DNA of 63,547 bases, the filler included, from Craspedostauros australis (Eukaryota), in assembly GCA_030167865.1 (NCBI GenBank). It is 13 parts of 13 records of this genome, joined end to end, with 100 filler letters (N's around TTAATTAATTAA, not from the genome) between each part and the next. Parts side by side here need not be neighbours in the genome. Positions count along the whole stretch, not along the records: positions 10,779 to 23,057 come from JALAGF010005653.1; positions 23,158 to 27,243 come from JALAGF010005654.1; positions 27,344 to 31,591 come from JALAGF010005655.1; positions 31,692 to 37,472 come from JALAGF010005656.1; 9 more parts are not named here. One strand, given 5' to 3'. The translations under genes were made by a program, and so were the position numbers. Position 1 is the stretch's first letter; each line of letters opens with the position of its first letter. A model generated the notes under the pieces. It saw nothing but the letters and a program-made list of their open reading frames with translations. It was not told the origin of the DNA and made no database searches. Below are positions 20,080-34,337 of this stretch, piece by piece.

Positions 20080-23057
20080 TCATATTTCGAAATCGTCCGT
20101 GCCTTCGATCTTCAGATTCTGACACTCGAAATTGAACGGCAGATACTTGATGCTCCAGGACGAAATGTCGAACTTGGACGATTTCTCATTCCAAATGCTC
20201 TTCAGGATGGACTGCTTGTCGTCGCAAAGGTACGGTCCGATGGTGCGTAGGATGCCGTTGGCAGTGCCGTCGCCGAAATCCATCGCGAACCACTGGCAGA
20301 CTTTGGGCAGCGTAATGGAGATCTCCTGACATCCCTTCTGCACTACCGTCACGGTCTTGGACAAGAAGTCAGCGGTTGTGCGGGAGAGTTGCTCGTCCAA
20401 TGTTTCGACACGGTAAGTGGGGACGTTGGCGATTGGGTAGCTTGTGGATCCGGAATGCAGCACGAAGGTGATGCAGAAATCATCCTGAGACAATGCGAAT
20501 GGGTAGGTCGACTTGGGCAGGATGAAGCGCGACACGAATTGGGACGGGTAGGTCATCTTGCACCGGATGATGTTGTGCTCGAGCTCGCTCAACGAAAAGA
20601 TATCGTCAGATGCTTGGAACGCGATCGTGTTGAAGTAGGACACCCATGCGAGGCCCGACGTCGGTGGACCCAGCACGACGAATGCGTGGACGAGCATGAG
20701 GTGGTAGAGATTGACGAAGAATGCCAGCCTCTGATTCTCAACCGAAATACGTCCGCATGCTTGATGGCAGCTGTGGCATCCAGGAAGTCACGCAGGTCGG
20801 AGCTGGTGGCGGATGGCTGCTGGATCCGAGCTGCAAGCGCAAGCGTTCGCTCCGCCAGGCCCAGAGTCTGATTCGTACTGAGCTTCTCGCCGGCGACGAA
20901 CGCGTGCTGCCAACAATTGAGCAGCCTCCGCTTCCCGCAGTCCCATTCGGAGGAATGGTGCAGATACTCCTTCATTGGATCGTCGACTTCCATCAGCTCT
21001 GAGATCAGGCTTTGGGCATCGTCGCTAGGTGCGTTGGCTTGGTGGTTGAACATGAGCCGCTGGGTGGCTGCTTCCCATTCATTGCGATCCTCCTTGGTCT
21101 TGAACATCAAACAGCATGTTCTGCCGAGCGTCTCGATGGTGAGGAAGAAGAAACCGTTGAGTTTGGGACAATCCTGCGATTCCAACTTTGCGACGCGGGT
21201 GATGGAGGAGATCTTGATTCTCAGTTTCAGCTTCATCTTGCCAGGATGTATGAGCTTGATGCAACCGTTCTTGAGCTCTGCCAGTTCCTCGATCCAGTGT
21301 CGATCCGACAAGGCTCTGTACACGTATGTCAGCAGATGCGTTGTTTCCAACGACAGCGATGTGGATGACCCTGCCGTGGATGACGACGACGACAGTGACG
21401 AGCGCGCGGCCGTCCTTTCCAAGATGGTCCGCATCCGCTTTGTTTTGTGATGCATGAAGGTTGCGATATTGCCTCTGCCTTGCTTTTGTGCAGCATCGCA
21501 AAGCGCAATCCCAAGTCTCGCCACGTCTTCTCTTCCGACGATAGCCGTGGCGAAAACTTCTTCATGAGGTGGTGTTGATTGGCGAAGGAACCTAGCAGCC
21601 CGCTGGCTGTGGAAGCGGATCGGAAGATGGTCTCGCCCGTTGGGTAGAATGAGAATGCAAAGACCTTGGAGTACTTGCCCCGCTTGCCGCACATGTCGAT
21701 CCAGCATGGACAGCAATTGTCGGCCACCCTGAGCAGATCGAACGGCGTCAGTGCTGATGCGTTGATGTTGACTTCGTCAAAGATCGGCCACGTGTTCTGG
21801 ATCTGCACGGTATCAAAGAACCCCACATCGTCGTCGGAGTTGTACTCCATTTCCGAGAAGGTGAAGCGGAATGTTCAGATTCGAGTTCTCCGCACTGATC
21901 CACGTCGTCCATCAATTGGTCCGTGAAGAAGGTGCCTCTCTCCAGGCCCAGCGCATCGTGCTCTTCGTTGTCCTTGTGGCGGATCTGAAATCGACAGGTG
22001 AGTTTTTTAATAATACAGGATGAAGAGTGAGGAGAGGAGAGTAGAGAATAGTTCGGTTGTGGTACGCACGTGCGTCCGTGTGCGCCAGAGACGGAACGAT
22101 GAGCCGAGATGATGTCATGTGCGAATGAGGGTGCAGACAGAAATGTAAGTGAGAGAAAGATCAGGCTGTGCAGAGTAGTATCATCAAACGACAGTGCGTC
22201 CAACATGTGAAATGTTGGCTCCATGCCAAATTGCTCCATGACACGACGCTTTGCGCGTAAACGAAAGACTCACATTCATGGAAGCAAAGTATCGTGGATT
22301 GCTGTGATTCTTGCGTGACGACGACGACGACCCTGCGTTGCCTGCGACATCATAGAGCACGACGCTGGCAAAGGCATTCCCCCAAAAGGTGTCGAGACTG
22401 AGATCCTTGCCGAACGGTAGGTTGGCGAGAGACCATGTTGGAAAGTCAAAGTACATGGAATGGAAGGACATGGAGTAGGTGTCGGTGGTGTTCCCATTCA
22501 TTTTGGTCTTGCCCGATTTGTGGTCGCGTTGGGATTGTTTGGATTCCTGCAGGTCTTCGCCTAGTTCTGGTGGCGTCGCGTCAGGCGGTGTGACGACGAG
22601 TCGTTCAAAGAATGTGGCGGCTGGGAAACTGAGAAAGTGCATACGATGATGATGATGATGATGATGAAGGAGAGTGGTGGATTGTACAGATGCAAGTGCA
22701 AGTATGCGTGCATGTAGGAGCAATGGAATAGAATGATGAGCTAACGTGAGGATGGATGGGGACGGGGCTCAACATTCCATAAAGCAATTCGGCAAGTGCA
22801 CGCACAAAATGCACGCACAAAACACGGTACGTACACAATATGCGGTTTCTCCGTGTCATCTCCAACGGAATAATGAATGGATGCGTTGAAACTGCGCAGC
22901 AGTTGCAGGAGCGCACCGCAAATACCGTTCGCGATGAGGCCGAGCTTCTTGGGCTTGGAGATTTCCATCCCAGCAAACAGCTCACCGTCCGGCTGAACCT
23001 TGAATCGGCCTTGCAGTTGCATGATGACGCGTCGTTTCTTATTGGAAAAGATGCGCT
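20080..23057 (-). pseudogene. Multi-exon DUF1769 + PH-like + DUF547 gene, 5'-truncated, with apparent frameshifts (~21470, ~20730)
   Basis: MQLQGRFK..GELFAGMEI and YSMSFHSMYFDFPTWSL (DUF1769-like); PH-like FLTIETLGR..FKTKEDRNEW; RLAFFVNLYHLMLVHA..FSLSELEHNIIR..LPKVCQWFAMDFG (DUF547-like). GTACGT intron at 22834-22629. Frame switches lack room for introns. Confidence 0.7.
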
Positions 23058-26000
23058 NNNNNNNNNNNNNNNNNNNNNNNNNNNNNNNNNNNNNNNNNNN
23101 NTTAATTAATTAANNNNNNNNNNNNNNNNNNNNNNNNNNNNNNNNNNNNNNNNNNNNAGACACAGCCGCTTCGACACACTGTTGGTGTGGTTGAGAAGGG
23201 GCTGAACCTTGCCATACCACAACCGATCGGTCTGGAGCACTAGATAATACTTGGCGGATTGTTTCTGCTGTGATCGTGTGGATGCTCTTGCCTCCCTGCT
23301 TGGACTGTGGGGGCTACCAGCATGATGCTCCTCACCTTATGGTGAGAACCCTTCTGACACTCCTGATACATTCAGTTCCCAAGCTGAAACAAAGTCCATG
23401 GGGGCTCATGTCATCCTCAGCTTCTAGTGGTTCAGCTGCAGTCTCCACCAACAATTCAGACACTTTGTCCAAGGTTGGCAATGCAGTGAAGTGCATAGGC
23501 TTCCATACCATTTCATATCTTGCTCTGGACATGTATGTCATCAGTAGATGAGTTGGGACAGAGATCAAGGCAGCTCTCCAGTAGTCAATTTTGCTGGAGC
23601 TCAGAAGAATCCCATTTAGTACTACATGGCAAAGAAGATGTACAGCTCAGGGACAGTTATGGCAGTTGCCATCAATTTGGTGTTGCAAAGATGGCTGTTG
23701 GTGTGGAATTGGGTCTTCTCCAGTAGTGAAACTGGAAAGAAGNNNNNNNNNNNNNNNNNNNNNNNNNNNNNNNNNNNNNNNNNNNNNNNNNNAGACACAG
23801 CCGCTTCGACACACTGTTGGTGTGGTTGAGAAGGGGCTGAACCTTGCCATACCACAACCGATCGGTCTGGAGCACTAGATAATACTTGGCGGATTGTTTC
23901 TGCTGTGATCGTGTGGATGCTCTTGCCTCCCTGCTTGGACTGTGGGGGCTACCAGCATGATGCTCCTCACCTTATGGTGAGAACCCTTCTGACACTCCTG
24001 ATACATTCAGTTCCCAAGCTGAAACAAAGTCCATGGGGGCTCATGTCATCCTCAGCTTCTAGTGGTTCAGCTGCAGTCTCCACCAACAATTCAGACACTT
24101 TGTCCAAGGTTGGCAATGCAGTGAAGTGCATAGGCTTCCATACCATTTCATATCTTGCTCTGGACATGTATGTCATCAGTACATGAGTTGGGAAAGAGAT
24201 CAAGGCAGCTCTCCAGTAGTCAATTTTTCTGGAGCTCAGAAGAATCCCATTTAGTACTACATGGCAAAGAAGATGTACAGCTCAGGGACAGTGATGGCAG
24301 TTGCCATCAATTTGGTGTTGCAAAGATGGCTGTTGGTGTGGAATTGGGTCTTCTCCAGTAGTGAAACTGGAAAGAAGATTTCCAGGATAGTGTCAATGTT
24401 CATTTCCACATTGTGGATGGGCTGGACGTGCAGTTGTGTGCACTCACAGGTAGTGGCACATACTGAAGTGCTGGCTTTGTCTCATGTTGATGTTGTATGT
24501 GGTTCCCTGGATGATGTTGAGATGCAGATGCAGCCCCTTGGGGAGCAGATGCAGCAGATGATTGTCATCTGTGCTTCTATCAATGGTTGATTGCAACAGA
24601 GATGGGCTGGCAAACTTGGGTGGGCTGCTTGCTGATGATTGATCCAAACAGAGCTGGACCGGCACTGAATGAAAGATCTCTCCTGGCTGAGGCAAAGTGC
24701 CTTGCCATTGCTGATCAATCCATGTGGCAAATAGTTGGCTTGACCCATGTTGAGCAGTTGCATTTGATGCTCCTGTTGCTCGACCTGGAGGAAAGCGCTG
24801 TGCATTGTTGGCTCATGGAATTGGTGTGGTCAGATGGAGGAGTCTGCTGGGGTAGATTTGATGAGCTGTTGTAGGAAGACCACACATCCCTGTTGACACT
24901 ACCCCATGGATTGGTGGGGCTGTTGGGTGGACCACTCTCCAAGAAATCACAGTAGGTGGGCATTGATGGCAGATGTACTGTTCAATCATTGTTGTCGTTG
25001 TTCATTGGAGACATGAGAGACTTGTGGACAAATACAACGTATGAGTGATCAATGTCATATGCAAGCACCCTCTCTGCTTGGAATTGTGGAGGATTGGAAG
25101 CGGGATGCGATTCGGGTGTCGCTGTTGCTTCCTTGTGGGGACTGGAAGATCGAGGGTGCAGTGGTGGCTTGGTTGTGTGTTTTGGAGATGGAACCATGGT
25201 AGTATGGGTGCGGTGATCATGCAAGTATGATGATTTTTGTGAGTGCGATGAAATTGTGGGCTCCATGATTGATTGAGTTTGCAGAAGGTGCGATGTCACA
25301 AAGCCAAGACAAAATGAAGATGAACATCACAAGTGATGATGTTGCCACACCCATACATGCTTGAAGGAAGGAGGTGATGAAGACGTAAAGGACATGAGAG
25401 GAGATGACAACCTTGGAAGAGGAAAGCAAGGAATTGCTGAAAGCGAAGTACAACAGCAGTTNNAGCGAGTGTGATGTGGAAGAAACGGATTTGACGTTGC
25501 CAGCCTCACAGTTTGAGCCTTGCCGAACAGTTTCGCTTCAGTCCCATGGTGCAGAATTAAGTCACAAGTACTTCAGGCTTGAATAGCAATAAGATGGCAG
25601 TAAGAAACATTAAACTTAAACATATTCATTGGAAAGCTGTGCTCAACAGCTTTCTAAAGATGTAAAGAAAGTGGTATTGTTCACAGATGTTGTTGTCAAA
25701 AATGAAAAGAACTGAAACTGAAAACAAGAAATGATGTATTATATTGTCTAGGTCATGAACGGATAGTACAGCCTTGTCCTCACTTCAGGTCTATTTCCTG
25801 CCCACATGTTTGGACCTCCTCTCTGCTAGTCGTCGCCAACAGCCAGCATTGGCTTCTGTCTGTTGTTCATCTGTTCTCCTCTTGGCTTGTTGTTTTGGTG
25901 TCAATGAACCTGCACGCACTCGAATCACAACACAAGAAGCAACATAGAAAACAACACTTCCGCCACCAGTCTCTTTCTGCACCATGCCAACAGCTCAGTA

Positions 26001-27343
26001 GATGACCTTGTTGTCTCATGTCCATGGGAAGCAAAGCAGGTTTCGCAGGACTTTGTTTTTACAAACAATGCTATAACAAGTGTTAAATTAAATTCTATTT
26101 TGCAGACCAAAGGAGAAGTCACTGTGCTCCATTACACCATATTGTATTTTAATATATAATATTATGTTGTGTAGTATTCGCAAGTGTTGCTATTGTCGTG
26201 GACGTGGAAGTGGACGCGTAGGGATGCAACCACCATTGCCGTGCTCCATGACACAACACGAACAAAGGAGGCAACCCCTCACCAAGCCAAATCCAAAACG
26301 ACGCGAGGAATCAACGCGGCGCCGAATCTGCNNNNNNNNNNNNNNNNNNNNNNTTCGATACCATTGCAGTCTGACATCGACCGTCAATGACGTCATCATT
26401 TTCGTCCACGACGAGGACAAGTCAGCCAGGTATTTGTGTCGTAGAAGCTAGCTAAATATATCTAAGCCTATTCGACAAGACGCTACACCGTGTGCTAATA
26501 AAGTAATGTTGTCCGATAAAAAATCGGCAGGATCGTACGATCGTACCCTGAATGGGGCCTAATTAGCACAACGCTTTATTCACCTGATTCGTTTTCTGAT
26601 TAGTCTGTCCTGGTATGTGCTGAAACGATGCTTTACTCCGACACANNNNNNNNNNNNNNNNNNNNNNNNNNNNNNNNNNNNNNNNNNNNNNNNNNTTATT
26701 CACCTGATTCGTTTTCTGATTAGTCTGTCCTGGTATGTGCTGAAACGATGCTTTACTCCGACACATGATTTTCGGCATATGAGGGACACACTGGGGAGAA
26801 CATCAGAGATTCGGTCTGGTCATCGCCCGGAAAAAAGGTGATGCCCAATTTGACCTGATATACTTCCCAACTAAACCTGAAATGACAACACACTCGATGA
26901 CCTCAAGCATCATCAATGGAATGTGGAATCGACAGAGCCATGGAACGGTGATNAGTGACNTCGACACAGAAGACATCATCGCCACATCATGGGTCATCTC
27001 CACATCAGAACAAGATCGGATTCGAGGTGCAATGACTGAGAGCTGACCTTGAAGACAGCAACATGAGATACAACTCAATGAAGATAACATAAGAGCAGAA
27101 GTCACTCAACCCAAACAGTGTCTTCACTTACCAGCTTGTCACCCTCGTCCTGAAAGACTTGTAATAGAGCCCAAACGTAATGGCTGTTGTCTTGTTGGCT
27201 GTTCTTTAGCTGTAGGCAGAGGCTTGACTGGCAAGCGATCCGGNNNNNNNNNNNNNNNNNNNNNNNNNNNNNNNNNNNNNNNNNNNNTTAATTAATTAAN
27301 NNNNNNNNNNNNNNNNNNNNNNNNNNNNNNNNNNNNNNNNNNN

Positions 27344-27983
27344 CCATGTGCATGACGATGTTGTGCCGTTGATGTTCGACGCAGTCCACAGAGACCGCCC
27401 ATCTGCGCTTCGGCTTCCACCCCATGGACAAGGGCGCCCCACCGGACGGAACCATGGCGCCGCCNNNNNNNNNNNNNNNNNNNNNNNNNNNNNNNNNNNN
27501 NNNNNNNNNNNNNNNNNNNNNNNNNNNNNNNNNNGCAGACCAGGACTCGGGCGAAAGGCACGACTTGAGTGGTTGCACGTCCGTGCTGCAGGGTGCGTGG
27601 AGAGTGATGGGGAACTCGTAGATATCCGGCATCTGAGTGAACTGCACCGTGTTTCTCCTTCGCCGGGTCTCCGCTGCGACCTGCTGCGATCGAGCGTGGG
27701 CGACCATTGAATCCGAGCTGCGCCGCGCACTGCGAATTGCAGCGGCAGGTGGCGGCGTTGCTGGATGTAGCACTTCTCGCCTGTTCGATCTTGGAATAGG
27801 CAAGGATGGCAGCGAGGTTCGGCGTTGCTGCTGCAGTGTGGCCTCCCGATGCTCCTGGGAGGTCGGTGTTCTCCTCTGCCTGCGCTTGGTGTTGAACACG
27901 GGAGCGGGCGTCGAAGGTGCGGCTCTCTGTGAACGACTCACAGAGCGGGGCGACTTTTGCGATGAGCTTTCTGGGATGGCCAT
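27344..27983 (-). CDS. Diatom-type hypothetical protein with VxF..IxE...VPSGGAPLSMGW motif (CSRNP-N-like), 3'-truncated
   Basis: ORF track shows NTVQFTQMPDIYEFP and, after a gap, VPSGGAPLSMGWKP. Confidence 0.55.
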
Positions 27984-29371
27984 TGTGCACGTATGCTGTT
28001 CTCGTATGAGTATGAGTATTGTTATTGATCTTGATGTTGGTTTAGTTGACGATGTGCTGGTGGTATTGCTGGTTGCGTTTTTCTGACTGGAATCGAAGCT
28101 GGAGTTGCCGTTGCAGTCACATGCACCTGAATCTATGCGTTCAATGCCTGGATTGGCGTCTCTCGCACACACTCAGTCACTCAGTGGACGCAACCGATAC
28201 TTGCACTGCCGCTGCTGCGTCTCCTTGGTCGCCCTCTCTCTTGGTTCAATTGCTTGGTCGCTCCCTTCTTCGCCGTCGTCGCCGTCGCCGATAGTGTTTC
28301 TCGTTTTCATCAGTCTTTGTGAGTGTGCGACCGTCGGGATTTATTGTTTGACCTCCTGAGAGATCGCTCCAACCTGAGATGTGGATGCTCGTCTGGACGA
28401 TGTATGGGAGATGTATGGAAGGATAGTGCAGGATAGCCTGTCGATGCTTTCTTTGGTTTGGAATTGTGTGGGATCACACAATCAACGGTTGCAAGGATGT
28501 GAATGGAGCCATGCCTCCAGAAATCCATGCTCTTGAGAGAGTTGAGTTGTAATACACTCTTGTGTTCATTGTTTCGAAAGCGCTCGGTGTTCAAGCCAAG
28601 GGAGTGTTACTCGGTATGCGTTGGTTGCAATTGATGGAGATGCATCATGTACTTCTCCACGTTGCTCAGACCACGCCAGTCAATTGCGAAATGCGAGAAG
28701 AATCGATTTGGTGGCTACTTTGTGGGCGATTTTGGCTGTCGTTTGCTTGGATACATGACTAAGCCTGAGGCCATTGCGAGGCTATTGCAGTGTTGTCGTA
28801 ACGCTATTTCAATGCCATAGCTGTGCTTTGCCTCCTAAATCTCACTCATACACATGTGAGAGTTGTGTCGGTGCATTGTATCACGAAGGGCACAAAAGAG
28901 GGCCGAATCAGGATCAATCGGGAGGTAATTACCTACCTCATTGAATGGCATGTACTGTTGCGAGCAACGCGATCGTCAGCATGCGATCATTCTTGGCAGT
29001 TGTGAACATGGGTTGCTTGTTTCCACCATTAACATAGGGTTACATTCAGTGTCGGTATCTGCGACGTGGTTCCTTCGCCATCTCGCCATCCTCAAATCGC
29101 ACTCTGCTTTTCCTTTGATCTCCATCATGAAAGATACTGTCAATGGATGGGACCTATCGTAATAACATGCTAGATATGTTCCTACCACATCAACATTCGT
29201 GCGCTGCAGCAGTACACATGAGAGTCCTAAGCAAGTCATGTCACGAACACAGTCGTCTGGTAGTGTAGTTGCTCAATGGACAACTAGAACTATTGAGGTT
29301 ACTCTTCAAAAATGTGCTGCGCCTCTCTCTCCGTTGCATTCCCTATTTCATTCCCTGCTCCATCTCCCCCT

Positions 29372-30465
29372 CTACGCACACTCCAGAAAGATATCCTTAC
29401 GCGTCATCGCATCGACAATGGCCGGATGGCTCTGCCGCCGCTGCCGCCTGCTCTTCTGACTGCGCTTCTGCTGTCGCTGCATCACCTTCATCTGCGTCTT
29501 CATGCGCTGCTGCAGAATGAGCTGCGACACNGCGATGGCACTCTGAATCTCCTGCACGGTGATGCCGTTCTGGCGCAACCGCACATGCCGTTGCTGCGGC
29601 GTCAATGGTTGCAACGTGTTGCGTCTATTGTTGAGCAGCGACGTCGTCATGGAACACAGCACCGAGGATCGGCGGCGCAGCAGCGATTGCGAGGAGTCGT
29701 TGAGAACAGCAGTGTACTCTCGGCTCGGTTCCCACTGCATCGTCAGCGGCGGTCCGATCGCCACGGGTCCGACGCCCAACGTGGTCGGCATCTCGCGGAT
29801 CTCGACCATCGGTGCGAAGCGCACTTGCTTGGGGTCCTCGAATGNNNNNNNNNNNNNNNNNNNNNNNNNNNNNNNNNNNNNNNNNNNNNNNNNNNNNNNN
29901 NNNNNNNNNNNNNNNNNNNNNNNNNNNNNNNNNNNNNNNNNNNNNNNNNNNNNNNNNNNNNNNNNNNNNNNNNNNNNNTGCCTGCGATCGCTCTTGTGCA
30001 GCGATGTGCGCGGCGCAGCATCATGAGTGCTGTCGTTGCAGCTGTTGTCCATTCCAGTCATTTGCGGTGGTGCAGNNNNNNNNNNNNNNNNNNNNNNNNN
30101 NNNNNNNNNNNNNNNNNNNNNNNNNGCATCTCGCGGATCTCGACCATCGGTGCGAAGCGCACTTGCTTGGGGTCCTCGAATGGACAGTAGTAGTCAGCGT
30201 CGCTGGACTTCGAGGACAGGGAGCACCGCATCGTCGGCAACGTCTCGATGGACGACAGCGATGCGGAGTGCTTGCAATCGTAAGCACCGTCCATCTCGAA
30301 GACGAAGCCGCGCTGNTGCCTGCGATCGCTCTTGTGCAGCGATGTGCGCGGCGCAGCATCATGAGTGCTGTCGTTGCAGCTGTTGTCCATTCCAGTCATT
30401 TGCGGTGGTGCAGAGGGAGTGTCCAACATTGTCAACGCTGAGAGAGGTTCTATCATTGTCGTCAT
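29372..30465 (-). CDS. Paralogue of the previous family (KQVRF..VEIREM..LG...GPPLTMQW...LTPQQR..RL); partly duplicated across gaps
   Basis: ORFs 30058-30465 and 29372-30061 overlap in content across N gaps. Confidence 0.65.
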
Positions 30466-32670
30466 GCCTGTCCTGTTGTGCTCAGTCGCAGTAGTATGCC
30501 TGAGTATGTGATGCTATGTGATGCTATGTGATGCTATGTGATGCTATTATATGTAGTGCTATGTAGAATAGTGCTCTATTCAATGCTGTGCAATGCGATG
30601 TAATGCAATGTGATGTAAGGTATTGTTGTGATGAATGGAAGCTCTGAATGGCATACGAGCTGCAGATCGTAGTTGATGCACCAACGATAACGCTGGTTGT
30701 GGAGTTTTGTTGGGTTTTGTGGGTGATGAGTCGTGTTAAAGTAGACTAAAATAGAGCACACCCAAAACCATCCAAACAACTGCTTATGATGTTTTATCTC
30801 AACAACACATCACTTACAATTAAAACTAAACAGTGTATCCGGACGCTTGGCTATCGCTTATTCTGAATATCGAAGTTACAATTGTATGAACTTTATTTTT
30901 AATGTCCTTTTGGCTTGCTGTCTGTCAGGTGGTGAATGCCACAAAAAGTTCTCAACAGCACCATGCTGCCCTATCTTCAGCACCCATGATCATCATCATC
31001 ATCCTGGCATTCTCGTAATCTGCGCACCACATTAGCTCCATATACGCCCCATCTATCCACTCCATGAAGCTCTCCGTGTTGGATGTTCATTGCACACCCC
31101 AAAGCCTCCCTGCACTGAAACACAGAAATTTTGAACACCCGATTTGGACGCGGATGCCATTCATATTTGGATCCGTATCTTGTTGATACGATCCTTGCAG
31201 CTCCTCCACATGCCCCTCATGCGTTCCCACATTCTCTGGCGACACACTGATGTGTTCAGAATGGGTTGGGAGTACATACCTCCAAAGTTACATCTCCATG
31301 TGATGATGCCACCATGGAGTTTTTGCGACACCCCAAACAAACCCTTTTGTGCGCATCCCACCTTGCAGCCTCTTCCAGACAATCCAACTCGGAATTTCTT
31401 CCATATCCTTGTTCCTGATTTGATTCCGAACACATCTGAAATGGGTACCTTGGCGATCTGGGTGACTTGTCAATGGCACCCATCACCAGCGAAGTCACGT
31501 GATGTGTCCGCTGCCACACACCAAAACACTCTTGCCCTCCACTTGTTTCTTGCGGAGGGAACCTTCCAGGCCACCCCCGACCCTCAAACTTNNNNNNNNN
31601 NNNNNNNNNNNNNNNNNNNNNNNNNNNNNNNNNNNTTAATTAATTAANNNNNNNNNNNNNNNNNNNNNNNNNNNNNNNNNNNNNNNNNNNNATGTGTTTT
31701 GTGTGATGTGTTTTGTGTGATGTGTTTTGTGACGAGCAAAATGTGAGATCATGTCGCAGATGCTAACGTGTATTTCACGCGTACCAAACGAACGACAATC
31801 CCGGCGTCTATTCCGTGACTGGATACCATACGATAAATGCATGAGAACATGATCGAACTTTCTGCGAAACAACTAGGAATTTCATGGGGATCGACCCATA
31901 CGACTTCAGAAAACCTTTGAATATGCATAAAACTTAAAATAGGATCTATCTCAAAAATGTAATGGTTAATTATTTATAAGGAGAGGTGGGAGAATACGAT
32001 TATATGCTTGGTTTGGATCTACTGAAAAAATGTTCTTGAGTCCCGTAACAAAGTGCAGGTCGACTCACTAAGGCGGCTCATAGGGAATCTTTTCAAAACG
32101 TGCTCTAAATAGGGCATCTTTTTCGCTGTTGGCTAGAGATAATTCAATCACGGATTGATAAAACCATAAATTCCAAGTACGACATTCCAACCAGGACTAA
32201 GCATTTCGCATTCACGACTAACATTATCCGTTAACCAAATAGAGATGCTGTTCGTTAGTCCGATAGTCCGTTTTACCGGAAGCCCCAGGCCGTTGGACGC
32301 ACACCCAGCGATCCGGCACAGTTTGGCACAAACAGGGCAGGTTCTGTCGAATGACTCAATGGACTCAAGATCATCGAGTTCGATCCCACGGATTCCTTCT
32401 TCGTGTTTCTTTCGTGTTGTTTGTGTGTGTGTGTGTTTTGTGGTGGATGTCGAGAAGGATCCGCACCAACCAGTTCTTCCACGACAAACNNNNNNNNNNN
32501 NNNNNNNNNNNNNNNNNNNNNNNNNNNNNNNNNNNNNNACAACCTTGCTATTCCTTGCAACAGTTTGGTCTCATACCATCAGTCAGCATCTTCATCATAA
32601 GACCGTGAACACATTGAGCAATCATCCAGCAATTGTTTGTCTACCAACAGCTCAACAACCAACGACCAAC

Positions 32671-34204
32671 ATGCCAAATGTCTCAGACCTACAACTCCTT
32701 AATGCTGCCTGGACAGGTGATCTGTCGGTGTTGAAGAAATGGAAGGAGCAGAACGAAGGACGTGATGTCAACACGGTCAAAGGCAGCCTTGGCTTCACTC
32801 CCCTTCATAAAGCATGCTACTATGGCAGCCTGGAGTGTGTCAAGTACCTAATCGAAACATGCAACGCCGATGTCAACTGCAAGAACAACGATGGCGACAC
32901 TCCACTTCACCTAGCATGCATTGAAGGCTATTCTGAATGCGTCGAGTACCTTATCGAAACATGCAACGCCGATGTCAACTGCAAGAACAACGATGGCAAC
33001 ACTCCACTTCACTATGCATGCTACTGGGGCCAGTCTGAATGCGTCGAGTACCTCATCGAATCAACCAAGGTCAATATCGACATCCAAAACAACGACAACA
33101 AAACACCCGTCGAATTAATCAAAGCCGACAAGCAGGTCAAGATGATGACATCAATCATGAAGCGTCTCGGTCATCTCAGTCAACGCAACTTGCAACTGCA
33201 GACACAGCTGCAAACAGAGACGCAGGTGCGCAAGCAAAGCCACACAAACACCATCACAACACCAACCAAGCACGACAATCCTAAACTCCACACAACAACC
33301 AACATCAGCATCGGCCAAGATCGTCGCAGCGCTGTTCGTTCTGAGGCCAACGCAGACATCACCTTCCTGTGCGGACAAGGCGACGAACAACAGCCAATCA
33401 AAGCAAACTCCGGAGTCCTCATGGTCACTGTTCCGNNNNNNNNNNNNNNNNNNNNNNNNNNNNNNNNNNNNNNNNNNNNNNNNNNTCCTCATGGTCACTG
33501 TTCCGTCCATTCAGACATTGATCGACTCGGGAATCCAACATCAGCATGTCGATGACGGCACTGATGACAACACTGATTCTGCCAATGCCCTCACCCGCAG
33601 GCTCATCCCTCTTCCCAACCATCAACCCAAACATGTCCAACGTGTCCTCGAATGCATCTACACAGGTGAGATATCCTTCGATCACAGCNNNNNNNNNNNN
33701 NNNNNNNNNNNNNNNNNNNNNNNNNNNNNNNNNNNNNNNNNNNNNNNNNNNNNNNNNNNNNNNNNNNNNNNNNNNNNNNNNNNNNNNNNNNNNNNNNNNN
33801 NNNNNNNNNNNNNNNNNNNNNNNNNNNNNNNNNNNNNNNNNNNNNNNNNNNNNNNNNNNNNNNNNNNNNNNNNNNNNNNNNNNNNNNNNNNNNNNNNNTT
33901 CGCTGATCAACACAACTGCGTGGTGTTGAAGGATGCAGCAACGAGAATGGCAGCTCGAAACATGCAGACTTTACTCGCTCGTGAAGATTGCAGCAAGCTG
34001 ATTCTACATCCCCACCTGATGGGAGGCATTCAGGCCATCTGCAGTGGGAAAGCGGCAAGCAATGAAGTTGATGACAAGTACAGTGCCATGTCCATGATGG
34101 ATTTGTACAAGGTCGTGGATGAAAGCGAGGGTACAGCACAAGTGGATTCATACATGGATCGTGCAACGTTGATGAACCTTGTGCGGTCCGTCGCACCTGG
34201 CTGA
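32671..34204 (+). CDS. Ankyrin-repeat + BTB/POZ domain protein (gapped)
   Basis: TPLH.AC..G..ECV.YLIE repeats (99-bp tandem duplication), then ADITFLCG...IKANSGVL, VLECIYTGEI and FADQHNCVVLKDAA. Confidence 0.85.
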
Positions 34205-34337
34205 GGCCGATGGCGCTGCCGCTGGAGAAGAGGAGTGAATCACAACAACAGTAGACAGAGACGTGAGCGCGTCATGAAGAAGAGGAAAATGAAGAGGCTG
34301 TAATCAGAGAAGTAACTACTCCACCATATTTCGTAAG

